Of a DNA stretch of 64,000 bases, positions 19,182 through 28,227 are shown in pieces; within the stretch, counting starts at the first letter, position 1, and every line of letters begins with the position of its first letter. A program made the translations under genes and the position numbers. The notes under the pieces were generated by a model, which made no database searches, had not been told where the DNA came from, and saw nothing but the letters and a program-made list of their open reading frames with translations. The stretch comes from Candidatus Kapaibacterium sp. (GTDB lineage Bacteria; Bacteroidota; Ignavibacteria; Palsa-1295): contig JBBQWV010000002.1 in the NCBI GenBank assembly GCA_038210275.1, forward strand, positions 134,141 to 198,140, written 5' to 3'.

Positions 19182-19721
19182 CTATAACGGATCAGCGCTG
19201 AACGTTAACGTATAGCTCGTTTGAAGATTCACAGTATGCGACGGATCATTCTTCAACCGGAATTTTGCGAACAACTTATTATTCGAATTTTTTACTTGGG
19301 CTGAGAAGTCAGTATTCGTAAGAGTCTTCGTATCTGTTGCTCCGATATAGGTCGCCAAAAGAATGGTATGTAATGAGTCAAGACCAACTGAAAGCGTCAG
19401 AGTATCTATATTTGTTGGCAGATAATACGGATCATCGGTTGCAAGAGTCATACCAGTCAGTTTCACCGTCTTGACAAGTGAAAGCGATGTTTTCTGCTTT
19501 GCCAGATCAGCGCTATCAATTCCTATTGGCACTCCCGGTGAAGCAAACATAATGCCAGTCGGAGTGTACTGCAATATCGGAATATCCGGAGCTGTTTTCG
19601 TAATTGGAAAAGTCAAAAGATTACTGATGGCTTGGGTTATCTGCTTGCACGATAGGAAGCTAACTGCAAAGATCAGAAGGAGAGAAGGAAAGAAGCGGTT
19701 GATGTGTTGTGATGTTTTCAT
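19182..19721 (-). CDS. hypothetical lipoprotein, paralog 2
   Basis: Signal peptide plus lipobox FLSCKQ. VKTVKLTGMTLATDDPYYLPTNIDTLTLSVGLDSLHTILLATYIGATD is clearly homologous to the upstream gene. Confidence 0.5.
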   Translation of the reverse strand: MKTSQHINRFFPSLLLIFAVSFLSCKQITQAISNLLTFPITKTAPDIPILQYTPTGIMFASPGVPIGIDSADLAKQKTSLSLVKTVKLTGMTLATDDPYYLPTNIDTLTLSVGLDSLHTILLATYIGATDTKTLTNTDFSAQVKNSNNKLFAKFRLKNDPSHTVNLQTSYTLTFSADPL

Positions 19722-19775
19722 AACGGTTTAACGAGTTATTTTAGTACGCTGTTCCACAATTAATCCACAAATTCC

Positions 19776-20954
19776 ATGCCATATCCCGATATTATTGTCA
19801 GTAATCGCCATGAACGCAGACTTCTTAAAGGTCATTTGTGGGCATTTAGTAATGAGTTAAAGGAAGTCCCGAAGAATATTCCGGCTGGGACTATCGTCCG
19901 CCTCGTCCGAGAATTTGATAATAAGCCCTTTGCCCTTGCCTTTTACCATCCTAATTCCCTGATCGCCGCCAGAGTCATCACTAAAGATGCTACGAAAGAA
20001 ATTGGTGAAGCATTTTTCAGATCACGAATTGAAAGAGCTGCCGAACGCAGAGCTTTTATCCTTAAAGAACGTAATGCCGTTCGTCTTATCCACGGCGAAA
20101 GCGATTTCCTTCCGGGACTTATCGTCGAAAAATATAATGATATCCTGACTTTTCAGATCACCTCAGCCGGGATGGAGATGCAAAAAGAAATTATTGTGTC
20201 GCTATTAAAGGACATTTTCTCTCCGAAATCAATCATTGAAAAGAACAAATCGCATCTGCGAAAACTTGAAGGGCTTCCTGAATTGGAATCCGTGATTTAC
20301 GGCTCAGAAACCGATACAACGATTCACGATTCAGGCGGCACGAAATTTGCTGTCTCATTACTGAAAGGACAGAAAACCGGATTCTATCTTGATCAGATGG
20401 ATAATCATACGGCGATCAAGCGATATGTGAAACAAGGAGATCATGTTTTGGATCTCTTTAGTAATGAAGGGGGCTTCACATTAAATGCCGCCGCTGCCCG
20501 GGCGAATGAAGTCATTGCAGTTGATGCTTCCGAAGATGCTTTATTAGCATTATCGAAAAATGCGGTATTGAATAATCTCTCAGAGAAAATCAAGACTGTA
20601 ACGACAGATTGTTTCGACTACTTACGAGATTCGACTGAGAAATTCGATCTCATCGTTCTTGATCCCCCATCGCTTTTGCGATCAAAAAAAGAACTGAATA
20701 CAGCAAAAAAAGCGTACTTCAATTTACATAAAAATGCAATGAAGTTGATAAAACAGGAAGGAATTCTGGCAACGGCATCGTGTTCGCATCACTTCACTCG
20801 TGATTTGTTCTTAGATACAATTCGCGACGCATCGCATGAAGTCGGCAGATCTGTTACGATTCTCGAAGAACGCGGAGCCGGAGCAGATCATCCGATTCTG
20901 GCAATGATGCCCGAAACGGAATATCTGAAAATGTTTATTCTGAGAGTGCATTAG
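19776..20954 (+). CDS. class I SAM-dependent rRNA methyltransferase, RlmI/RlmK-like (PUA-like N-terminus)
   Basis: N-terminal PUA-like region, methyltransferase motif I VLDLFSNEGGFTLNAA, motif LDPP at DLIVLDPPS. Confidence 0.75.
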   Translation: MPYPDIIVSNRHERRLLKGHLWAFSNELKEVPKNIPAGTIVRLVREFDNKPFALAFYHPNSLIAARVITKDATKEIGEAFFRSRIERAAERRAFILKERNAVRLIHGESDFLPGLIVEKYNDILTFQITSAGMEMQKEIIVSLLKDIFSPKSIIEKNKSHLRKLEGLPELESVIYGSETDTTIHDSGGTKFAVSLLKGQKTGFYLDQMDNHTAIKRYVKQGDHVLDLFSNEGGFTLNAAAARANEVIAVDASEDALLALSKNAVLNNLSEKIKTVTTDCFDYLRDSTEKFDLIVLDPPSLLRSKKELNTAKKAYFNLHKNAMKLIKQEGILATASCSHHFTRDLFLDTIRDASHEVGRSVTILEERGAGADHPILAMMPETEYLKMFILRVH

Positions 20955-21010
20955 GCAAGAATGAATGCCCGATGTAACTTTCACCCCACTTCACGGGTTA
21001 TTAATTATAG

Positions 21011-21706
21011 ATGAAGTTCAGAGCTTTACATATTGCGTTTTTCATAGCGGTGCTACTAAGTGCTTCGGCATCCTTTGCCCAAATGCCAACCGGCTCTGTC
21101 AAGACCAGCAGCCCGAAAGATTCTGCGATCATTTTTGAATCACCACGTCCGCTATATGAAGATAACTCGGCAGGGAATAATCTGCTTTATAACTCCTTCG
21201 GTTTTTCGGCAATGATCAGTGATTTCGGTTTCGGACTTGGCCTATACTACCGCCGCAATCTCAGCACTGATCTTAGCGCTCTGGTAACCTTCGATTTCGG
21301 TGGCGCTAAAGATCCGAAAGAATTCGGATTGACCGAAGAAATAAAGATCAACAGAATCTATGTCATGCCGCTCATGGCGTCGCTCCAATACCGACTTTTC
21401 CGAGATGCTCTAAGCGAAGGTCTTCGTCCTTATATCACCGCAGGAGCCGGACCGGCAATTGTTGCAACGACAGATGGATCACAAGGTTTTTTTACTGCGC
21501 TAATCCATCCAAGTTTTTCAGCAACATTCGGCGGCTTCCTTGGAGTTGGGGCTAATTTTGGCTCCGATCCGAAAACAACATTTGGTGCAAGCTTCAAATA
21601 TTATATTATCCCCTACCCTTCTCCGGGAATCGAAAGTATTCAGGGACATCGCCTCACAAATTTCAGCGCCGCAACGCTGATGATCAATTACGGATTTAAT
21701 TTTTAG
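21011..21706 (+). CDS. outer-membrane beta-barrel protein (hypothetical)
   Basis: Signal peptide, amphipathic beta-strand pattern, C-terminal aromatic residue (…YGFNF). Confidence 0.45.
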   Translation: MKFRALHIAFFIAVLLSASASFAQMPTGSVKTSSPKDSAIIFESPRPLYEDNSAGNNLLYNSFGFSAMISDFGFGLGLYYRRNLSTDLSALVTFDFGGAKDPKEFGLTEEIKINRIYVMPLMASLQYRLFRDALSEGLRPYITAGAGPAIVATTDGSQGFFTALIHPSFSATFGGFLGVGANFGSDPKTTFGASFKYYIIPYPSPGIESIQGHRLTNFSAATLMINYGFNF

Positions 21707-21729
21707 GAATTCGCTAAAGAAGAATCCTC

Positions 21730-22323
21730 TTAGTGCTTCACACAAATATCTTCACTTCTTATCATAGCTCCATTCGAGGAGATCGTCAAATGGTATTTAC
21801 CGCTTGAAAGATTTCTGGCGTCAAGTGATAAGCTATGCCCAACCGGTTGAACCACACCCACAACGCTTACTCCGGCTGAATTAAATAATTCGATCGCTAC
21901 ATTCGGATAAAGGGAAATATCCGTATTGATCGTACAAAAATCTTTTGCGGGATTCGGATACGCGGGATGATTAATATATTGATCCTCAGCTTTCCTGACG
22001 GCGCTTGCAACAGGAGCAGTCAATGTGATCGAGGTAAGCGTCGCACCATGAGAATCTTTGATTTGTGCCGAGCGCGTTATACCATCATGCGGAATGATAG
22101 CAATCTTAAAATCAAGCATACCCGATTCGCCCAGATCGTAGGGCATGGGTTTCAGCGATTCAAGACGGAAGTTTACTGTATCATCAATACGCAGTGATTC
22201 AATCCGCATGGCTGCGCCATAAGGATTGCTGATCGAATATATTTTTTCAATGCTCTGTGATAAGGCAGCAGAAGCAAAAAATAACACTCCCAACAGACAA
22301 CAACATTTCATCAATATCTTCAT
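21730..22323 (-). CDS. hypothetical secreted protein, possible T9SS-type C-terminal domain
   Basis: Signal peptide MKILMKCCCLLGVLFFASAALSQ. C-terminus GKYHLTISSNGAMIRSEDICVKH loosely resembles a T9SS sorting domain. Confidence 0.4.
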   Translation of the reverse strand: MKILMKCCCLLGVLFFASAALSQSIEKIYSISNPYGAAMRIESLRIDDTVNFRLESLKPMPYDLGESGMLDFKIAIIPHDGITRSAQIKDSHGATLTSITLTAPVASAVRKAEDQYINHPAYPNPAKDFCTINTDISLYPNVAIELFNSAGVSVVGVVQPVGHSLSLDARNLSSGKYHLTISSNGAMIRSEDICVKH

Positions 22324-22443
22324 TACCGGAAAAAGATAAAAAGATACACAACTAAAATTCACACAAATAAAATATGCATATAATAAAAAGAAAATCCGAG
22401 CGAATAATTCCTAATTTTCGTGGGGATCGGTGGGAATCTGCAT

Positions 22444-22507
22444 CAAGTCAAAAGTCAAAACTTCAAAATAAAATGAGACTCCTCTTATTCTTGACTTGTA
22501 TTTTTTT
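22444..22507 (+). terminator. hairpin CAAGTCAA-N40-TTGACTTG followed by a T8 run, in a 420-nt intergenic region
   Basis: 8-bp stem and long loop followed by TATTTTTTT on the plus strand. There is no annotated plus-strand gene upstream, so it may be a stand-alone small transcript. Confidence 0.3.
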
Positions 22508-22783
22508 ACTTCCCCTGAGCCATAGTTAACTCCTTATAAACCAAACAACTAATATTAACAAGTTGACCGATCAGAGTAAAAATCCCCTAAACGCCCGACC
22601 GCCTAAAACCGATACCCAATTCCCCGGGTGAGCAACTGTAACTCCATATAATTCATGAATATCGCTATGCACATTTGCACTCTTTCTTCCCCCCTAAACT
22701 TTTAGCTTTGAAGTTTAAGCTTGCGTGTCTTTGGCGTGTAGGTGCCCATCATAATGGCTACCAATATACACAATATTTTTTCT

Positions 22784-23962
22784 CTACTGCAAAAGTATCT
22801 TTTTTACCACTACCGAATTTGTGGTTACAAATTTGGCATAATATATTCCGGGCGCTTGCTTCGAAAGATCGATGGTGAAATTTGACGAATGCGGGTTTGT
22901 AAGTTCTAATACTTTCTCCCCAAGAATGTTTGCGATGGTAACTTGGGATGTATTTTCGGGTGCACCATATATAGTTATTACTCCATTGGTCGGATTTGGA
23001 AAAAGCGAAATATTCAACGGGTTTGCAATATATTTTTGCTTCACATCCAGCCCAGCAAGTGGGTGTTTCCAGATACCATCTTTGTCAGTACCTGCAAAGA
23101 AATAGGAGGTGCTTACTCCAAATGTTGTGACACTAATTGAATCTGTCAGACCAGTGTTAAATTTCATCCAACTTGTACCACTATCGGAAGAAAGAAAAAT
23201 TCCGGCATCTGTCCCTGCAAAAAGATTCTTGCCTATCACCGCCAAGGCATAGATAGTGTGAACCTCATTAAAATCTCCTAACATACTGCATACTTTCCAA
23301 GTTATTCCATTGTCCGTTGAATGACAAACTTGATTACTCCTTCCCACAAAAAGATCGGATCCATTTGAGATAATACATTTAAAAATCCCTATGAAGCCAA
23401 GACGTTTCCAACTCGAACCAAAATCGGTCGAAACCAATATACTATCAACCGAAGATGTAGTTGCGAATAGACTCGTACCATTTACAGCAAAACGATTAAA
23501 ATCATTCGTCTGAAAATGAAAATCTAACTCAGTCCAACTCATGCCACTGTCGGATGAAACAAAACTATCATATCCTCCAGCAATAATTTTTGTTCCGATG
23601 ACTGCAAGACAGTGTATATTCCTCATATATTCAACTGTAGTTGTCCAAGTTTTTCCGGTGTCAGATGAGAGGAAGAGTCCTTTCGTTGTGCCTGTAATGA
23701 TAGTATTTCCAATTTTTGTAAAACAGAAGATAGGAATGGTATCAAAAAAACTGTTCCCTATGTCCTTCCAACTTACACCGCTATTGGTTGAAAGCAAAAT
23801 TCCATGATTGCTCGTCCCGGCATAGATATTATCACCATCGACAAAAAAGCAAGTCTCCCAAGCATTATGTGGCGCAGTTGTCTGAACCCATTGGCTCCTA
23901 ACATTTGAAGCCATGAACGTGATCTGGAGAAGGAATGCGATGAGTATTAATTTCTGTTTCAT
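22784..23962 (-). CDS. BNR-repeat (sortilin/Ycf48-like beta-propeller) protein with T9SS C-terminal sorting domain
   Basis: Six S.D.G.(S/T)W motifs (STNSGVSWK, SSDTGKTWT, SSDSGMSWT, STDFGSSWK, STDNGITWK, SSDSGTSWM). C-terminus PGIYYAKFVTTNSVVVKKILLQ. Probable start at MKQKLILIAF (signal peptide). Confidence 0.65.
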   Translation of the reverse strand: MKQKLILIAFLLQITFMASNVRSQWVQTTAPHNAWETCFFVDGDNIYAGTSNHGILLSTNSGVSWKDIGNSFFDTIPIFCFTKIGNTIITGTTKGLFLSSDTGKTWTTTVEYMRNIHCLAVIGTKIIAGGYDSFVSSDSGMSWTELDFHFQTNDFNRFAVNGTSLFATTSSVDSILVSTDFGSSWKRLGFIGIFKCIISNGSDLFVGRSNQVCHSTDNGITWKVCSMLGDFNEVHTIYALAVIGKNLFAGTDAGIFLSSDSGTSWMKFNTGLTDSISVTTFGVSTSYFFAGTDKDGIWKHPLAGLDVKQKYIANPLNISLFPNPTNGVITIYGAPENTSQVTIANILGEKVLELTNPHSSNFTIDLSKQAPGIYYAKFVTTNSVVVKKILLQ

Positions 23963-24065
23963 AATTTTTAATCCCGAATCATTTTTATTGTTATAATATA
24001 GGGATTGATTTGGTAATGTTCTTGAGCCTATAAAGAACTTATTAAATCTGAAATAGTTACACTTT

Positions 24066-24091
24066 ACGGACGGACTAAAGTCCGTCCCACT
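24066..24091. repeat. family B palindromic element, half copy
   Basis: ACGGACGGACTAAAGTCCGTCCCACT, in the divergent promoter region between the BNR gene and lexA. Confidence 0.6.
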
Positions 24092-24212
24092 CACAATACC
24101 AAACTTCGAGAGTCACGCAAAACTTCGACTTATCTCCCAACCCTAAAAATTTCGGATTTTACGCGGAGGCGAAAAAGATTGCTTATATTAGTACGTGCTC
24201 TTATGGGCACCT

Positions 24213-24238
24213 ATGCTATGAGAAATGCCGCTCATAGC
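24213..24238 (+). promoter_or_regulatory. inverted repeat TGCTATGAG-N8-CTCATAGCA about 50 bp upstream of lexA; candidate LexA operator (autoregulation)
   Basis: Perfect 9-bp inverted repeat with an 8-bp spacer, located where SOS boxes are usually found. The motif differs from the E. coli (CTGT-N8-ACAG) and Cheo-box consensus, so the assignment is inference only. Confidence 0.3.
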
Positions 24239-24284
24239 ACATAATAAGGCATCTAAATGATTGATCTATAGAAAGATAACGACG

Positions 24285-24959
24285 ATGTACGCAGAACCAA
24301 AATACGATACTATCGCAATCCGTGATTCCCTTCCGCTCCAACAGGCGAGGGTGCTCGACTATGTCGAGGAGTTCATTGACATCTCCGGCTACCCCCCGAC
24401 CATAGCCGAAATAACCGAATTTCTGGGAGTCTCTTCGACCTTCGGAGTTCGCAAACATATCGAAGCGCTGACCAAAAAAGGCTTCATCGTTCGCGGCGGT
24501 CCCGGACTCTCGCGTTCGATCATGGTGGCGAATAATCACCGCGCAAACTCGGTACCGATCGTCGGCAGAGTCACAGCCGGTGCGCCCATCCTTGCCGTTG
24601 AGCATATCGAAGGCTGGCTGGCATTTCAGCCTATCAAAGATCCACGCAAAATGTTTGCGCTTAAAGTGCAGGGCGAAAGCATGAAGGATAAAGGCATCAT
24701 GGATGGCGACTACGTGATCTGCCGCCAACAGGATGAAGCATCGAACGGCGAGATCATCGTTGCCTTGCTTGATGACTCGGCAACAGTAAAAACTTTCCGC
24801 AAGTACGGCAAGCGTTACGAACTCGAACCGGCGAACGAGCTATTCAAGCCCATCCCCATTACCGAAGACAGCGGCTTCAAAGTGCTTGGGAAAGTTACGA
24901 GCATCTATCGTATGATAGATGATAGGAAGCCGGGGCTATTGCAATTGAAGTATAACTAA
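24285..24959 (+). CDS. lexA: LexA repressor (S24 peptidase)
   Basis: N-terminal winged helix (LPLQQARVLDYVEEFIDISGYPPTIAEI), cleavage region and S24 catalytic domain with VQGESMKD (Ser nucleophile) and the downstream Lys motif. ATG at 24285, 24 nt downstream of the TTG of ORF 24261, is the more plausible start. Confidence 0.85.
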   Translation: MYAEPKYDTIAIRDSLPLQQARVLDYVEEFIDISGYPPTIAEITEFLGVSSTFGVRKHIEALTKKGFIVRGGPGLSRSIMVANNHRANSVPIVGRVTAGAPILAVEHIEGWLAFQPIKDPRKMFALKVQGESMKDKGIMDGDYVICRQQDEASNGEIIVALLDDSATVKTFRKYGKRYELEPANELFKPIPITEDSGFKVLGKVTSIYRMIDDRKPGLLQLKYN

Positions 24960-24965
24960 TTTCTG

Positions 24966-25015
24966 TAGTGGGGCGGACTTCAGTCCGTCCGAACGGACTA
25001 AAGTCCGTTCCACTA
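24966..25015. repeat. family B palindromic element, full copy, 6 nt downstream of the lexA stop
   Basis: TAGTGGGGCGGACTTCAGTCCGTCCGAACGGACTAAAGTCCGTCCCACTA. The two ACGGACT.AAGTCCGT hairpin units lie within a larger palindrome. Confidence 0.7.
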
Positions 25016-25058
25016 CTACCAGAAATAACAAAACAATTTTAGAATAATCAGAACAACC

Positions 25059-25340
25059 ATGCAAACATTAACCACTACACTTCAAGCGCCGCGCAGAGCA
25101 GAAGTTTATACTGCACCAATGCCGCAGCAGAAGGAAATACAAGTTGCCGAAGAGCAGGAGCTATCAGTTCGGCAGATCAGCCATTATATCGGCAAAACAA
25201 AATTCTGCGAGACGGGATACAGCACGACCACCTACGGCAGGATCGGCTTCACCAAAGTCGAAGCTGAGCACGTAACAGCAGATACGCTATTGCAAGCGAG
25301 ATTGGATATATTGTGTGATAAGCTTCGCGCACGCTATTAA
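25059..25340 (+). CDS. hypothetical small protein (93 aa) co-oriented downstream of lexA
   Basis: ORF between repeat B3 and repeat A3. No recognisable domain. Coding status unverified. Confidence 0.3.
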   Translation: MQTLTTTLQAPRRAEVYTAPMPQQKEIQVAEEQELSVRQISHYIGKTKFCETGYSTTTYGRIGFTKVEAEHVTADTLLQARLDILCDKLRARY

Positions 25341-25367
25341 CGTGCATCGTGAAGACTTTAAAACAAT

Positions 25368-25477
25368 GTCATCGCGAAGAGGGCGCAGCCAGACGTGGCG
25401 ATCTAAAAATTTGAGGGCGTGTGTAACGATTAAGATTTTAGATTGCCACGAAAGGCTAAAGCCTTTCTCGCAATGAC
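25368..25477. repeat. family A palindromic element, copy 3 (110 nt)
   Basis: Termini identical to copy 1 and a shared GGC(A/G)ATCTAAAAA...ATTTTAGATTGC core. Between convergent genes. Confidence 0.8.
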
Positions 25478-25520
25478 ATTCATAAAAGAATATTCATCCA
25501 TCCGCCTTCATCCTTACCCG

Positions 25521-26108
25521 TTAGTGTTTATGTACGGTGCTAATATAATGATACTGTGGCTCCCAGTCGTCACTTGCCGATGGCAACAGATCGAAGAGAT
25601 GCCAGATGGAGCAGTAATCATCTCCGGGACCGAAGAAATCTTTCGTAACGTGCGTGATCGTGCCATCCGCTTCTTTTCTGAATATCGAAACGCCGGGCAT
25701 CGGATCGTCTTTTTCATTTGCAAATCCCATGTCGCGTTTGAAGGTTGTGCCTTCAGTTGAATACATTCTGAAATTCCATCCGCGCTCCATCGCAAATTTT
25801 CTCTGTATCTCATAGTTATCCGGTGAAGTGAGAACAAATGCCATTCGGCTTTCGAGATGCTTCGTAAAACCGATAAATCCATCAGCCCAAAGTGTACAGT
25901 AGCGGCATGATCTTCCCATGTTATGCACGAGCATCAGTTCGTTCGATGAGCCGAACATCTCCGAGAGCATTGTCTTCTCGCCGGATGATCCTGTGAAGGA
26001 ATAATCTTTTACCGTTTCAGCAGGAATTTTACGGCGCACTTCTGCGACCTTTGCGCGAAGCTTCATTAAGTCATCACTAAGTTGGAAGAGTTCTTGTTCG
26101 GCTGTCAT
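25521..26108 (-). CDS. DUF899-family thioredoxin-like protein
   Basis: GRSCRYCTLWADG CxxC region and the overall 195-aa architecture are typical of DUF899. Confidence 0.5.
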   Translation of the reverse strand: MTAEQELFQLSDDLMKLRAKVAEVRRKIPAETVKDYSFTGSSGEKTMLSEMFGSSNELMLVHNMGRSCRYCTLWADGFIGFTKHLESRMAFVLTSPDNYEIQRKFAMERGWNFRMYSTEGTTFKRDMGFANEKDDPMPGVSIFRKEADGTITHVTKDFFGPGDDYCSIWHLFDLLPSASDDWEPQYHYISTVHKH

Positions 26109-26205
26109 GATATTTTATGAAATGTTTAGATTGCAAAGATACGAAAAATATAAATAGTAAACGGGCTTGCGCCCGTTTACTACCCCAACAATTTTGGTTA
26201 TCGTT

Positions 26206-28086
26206 TTACTTGATCACGACGATTCTGCCAGTCTCACGCTTCTCACCTATGGATAATTCATAGATGTACACTCCCGGGGCTTTTCCTTTTCCATTCCAAA
26301 CGATGTCGTAATCGTTTGGTGATAGTTGTCCGAGAGTTGACATACTTTCTTGCACTCCGGTAACTCCGAAAACTTTCAGCGAAACCTCAGCAGATTTTGA
26401 GACTGAGAACTTAATATGCGTCTCACCCGTCGATGGATTCGGTGAAACAATACTGTGTAATAATCCACCTTGCGTGGTTGCTACTGATGAAGTACCGCCT
26501 GTAATGAAACTCCAGATGGCGCTTGGTTTTCCTAATCCAATCTCATTCTCGCCACGAGCTCTCCAATAATAGGTAGTGCCCGGTTCAAAATCCACAGCCG
26601 CATACGTGACGGTAGTATCAGTAAGCGTATCGCTCTTGATCGGATTAGCCATTGTTTTGAAAGGCGAGATTTCTATCCAGAAATCATTTGCCCCAGGATT
26701 CGTATTACGCCAGTTCAACATAATATCGTTCAACCCTGTATTCGATCCGTTTGCTGGACCTAAGAGCACAACGGCTCCCAGCGGCAGCGCAACAGAGAAT
26801 GAAACAACGGGAGATGACTGTCCCCAACCGATAGTATTCTTTGCCTGAACGCGCCAGTAATACGTGGTAACATCTTTCAATGTGCCGAATTTCTTTGATG
26901 CAGTTGTAAGCAAAGAATCATTGCTGATGAGTTTTTTCATTGCTGGATCGGTGGCAAGCTGAAAACGGTATTTTGTTGCGCCGGCGACAGCATTCCAGCG
27001 GAAGATCACGGTATCAGAATTCACTACCGTATCCGAGATCGGGAATACAGCTTCTGCTTGAGCAGGAAACCCTGTCGCGCCTTGAATAAAATCAACTTTG
27101 ACATTCACATCACTAAGCGTTACCTGATGCGAGATCGGTGAAGTCAGCAATCCCCCAGAAGCTGTAACAGTAACTGTTCCCTGATCAGTGATCGGAATCG
27201 CATATCCGCCTGACCCTGAACTCACTGCACTTCCTGAACTGCCGGAAACAGTTATAGTCGCACCCGCGAGTCCTTCGCCAACATCATAAAAATTATTATG
27301 ATTATCATCGCCATAAACGACACCTGTAATGAATGTGGTGCTCGGCTTATGACCAAAATCCTCAGTCGTGATGATCGGACCTACATTCGGTGATCCACTT
27401 CCTCCGTGAAGAATCCCGATACCGATCTCGGTATAAACGTATGTCCCAAAATTAATGAGGTTCTCTCTGTGCCCTAAACCGGGATTTCCGAAATCAATTT
27501 CAAATTCCTGATTGATCTCATCAAGATCATTGCCATAAGCAAAAATATTTTCACCTGCAAAATCATATCCAACGTAACCGGCTTGCTGCATACGGGTAAA
27601 AGGCGACGAGCCATCTGTTGGAGAGTCATGAGCCTGATAGTTATGATCAAGCATATCCTGACTATGTCTTCTTGCCGCAGCGATAAGATCTTTATTGAAT
27701 GCAAGCGGCATTTGGGCTGCGTATCCTGCAAAATCAGACTTTACCTGACTACGAGTCGGTGTGCCCCATTGAGTATATTGATTGACAACCCACGGATTCG
27801 TTGTGCTGAATAAGAGATTTCCTTCGGCAGGTGGATTTGCACGGGCGCGGTTGATAAGCTCAAGTTCATACTGCTCTTCGGCTGTCGGATCACCATGATC
27901 ATAGACATTAAGCGCGCTCTGAGGGGTTACGTTGTGTTTTGCCAATACCGGATTACGTTTCGCCGTAACGGCTGTAGGAAGTGTAACACGTTGTCCCTGC
28001 GCAATGGCAGAAGTAGCGGCAATGCTCAGAACGAAAGCGAGAATTAATAAATAATGGAATCTGGTTGTTACCTTCATAAAAGACAA
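26206..28086 (-). CDS. secreted CAP/SCP-domain protein with Fn3-like repeats and T9SS C-terminal sorting domain
   Basis: Signal peptide. YELELINRARANP...GHRENLINFGTYVYTEIGIGIL resembles the CAP (PR-1) domain. Two repeated ...TYYWR... Ig/Fn3-like modules. C-terminus PGVYIYELSIGEKRETGRIVVIK. Confidence 0.5.
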   Translation of the reverse strand: MSFMKVTTRFHYLLILAFVLSIAATSAIAQGQRVTLPTAVTAKRNPVLAKHNVTPQSALNVYDHGDPTAEEQYELELINRARANPPAEGNLLFSTTNPWVVNQYTQWGTPTRSQVKSDFAGYAAQMPLAFNKDLIAAARRHSQDMLDHNYQAHDSPTDGSSPFTRMQQAGYVGYDFAGENIFAYGNDLDEINQEFEIDFGNPGLGHRENLINFGTYVYTEIGIGILHGGSGSPNVGPIITTEDFGHKPSTTFITGVVYGDDNHNNFYDVGEGLAGATITVSGSSGSAVSSGSGGYAIPITDQGTVTVTASGGLLTSPISHQVTLSDVNVKVDFIQGATGFPAQAEAVFPISDTVVNSDTVIFRWNAVAGATKYRFQLATDPAMKKLISNDSLLTTASKKFGTLKDVTTYYWRVQAKNTIGWGQSSPVVSFSVALPLGAVVLLGPANGSNTGLNDIMLNWRNTNPGANDFWIEISPFKTMANPIKSDTLTDTTVTYAAVDFEPGTTYYWRARGENEIGLGKPSAIWSFITGGTSSVATTQGGLLHSIVSPNPSTGETHIKFSVSKSAEVSLKVFGVTGVQESMSTLGQLSPNDYDIVWNGKGKAPGVYIYELSIGEKRETGRIVVIK

Positions 28087-28227
28087 ATTGTAATATTATT
28101 ATAATCAATACACAGCATAATAGTAACCCAATATATGCTAAAAGCATTTCCGAAAAGAAAGAGATTGCCAAGGGAATTATATCTTAATTAATGGCTTTTC
28201 AATGATTATCTTTGTTTATAAAAATAC

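Noticed and set aside
24216-24728. A 170-aa minus-strand ORF overlaps lexA.
   Set aside because: It is antisense to a well-supported LexA CDS and has no motifs. It is a shadow ORF.
25443-25882. Overlapping ORFs 25443..25760 (+) and 25514..25882 (-) lie at the DUF899 locus.
   Set aside because: The longer 25521..26108 frame carries the CxxC DUF899 signature. The others are shadows.
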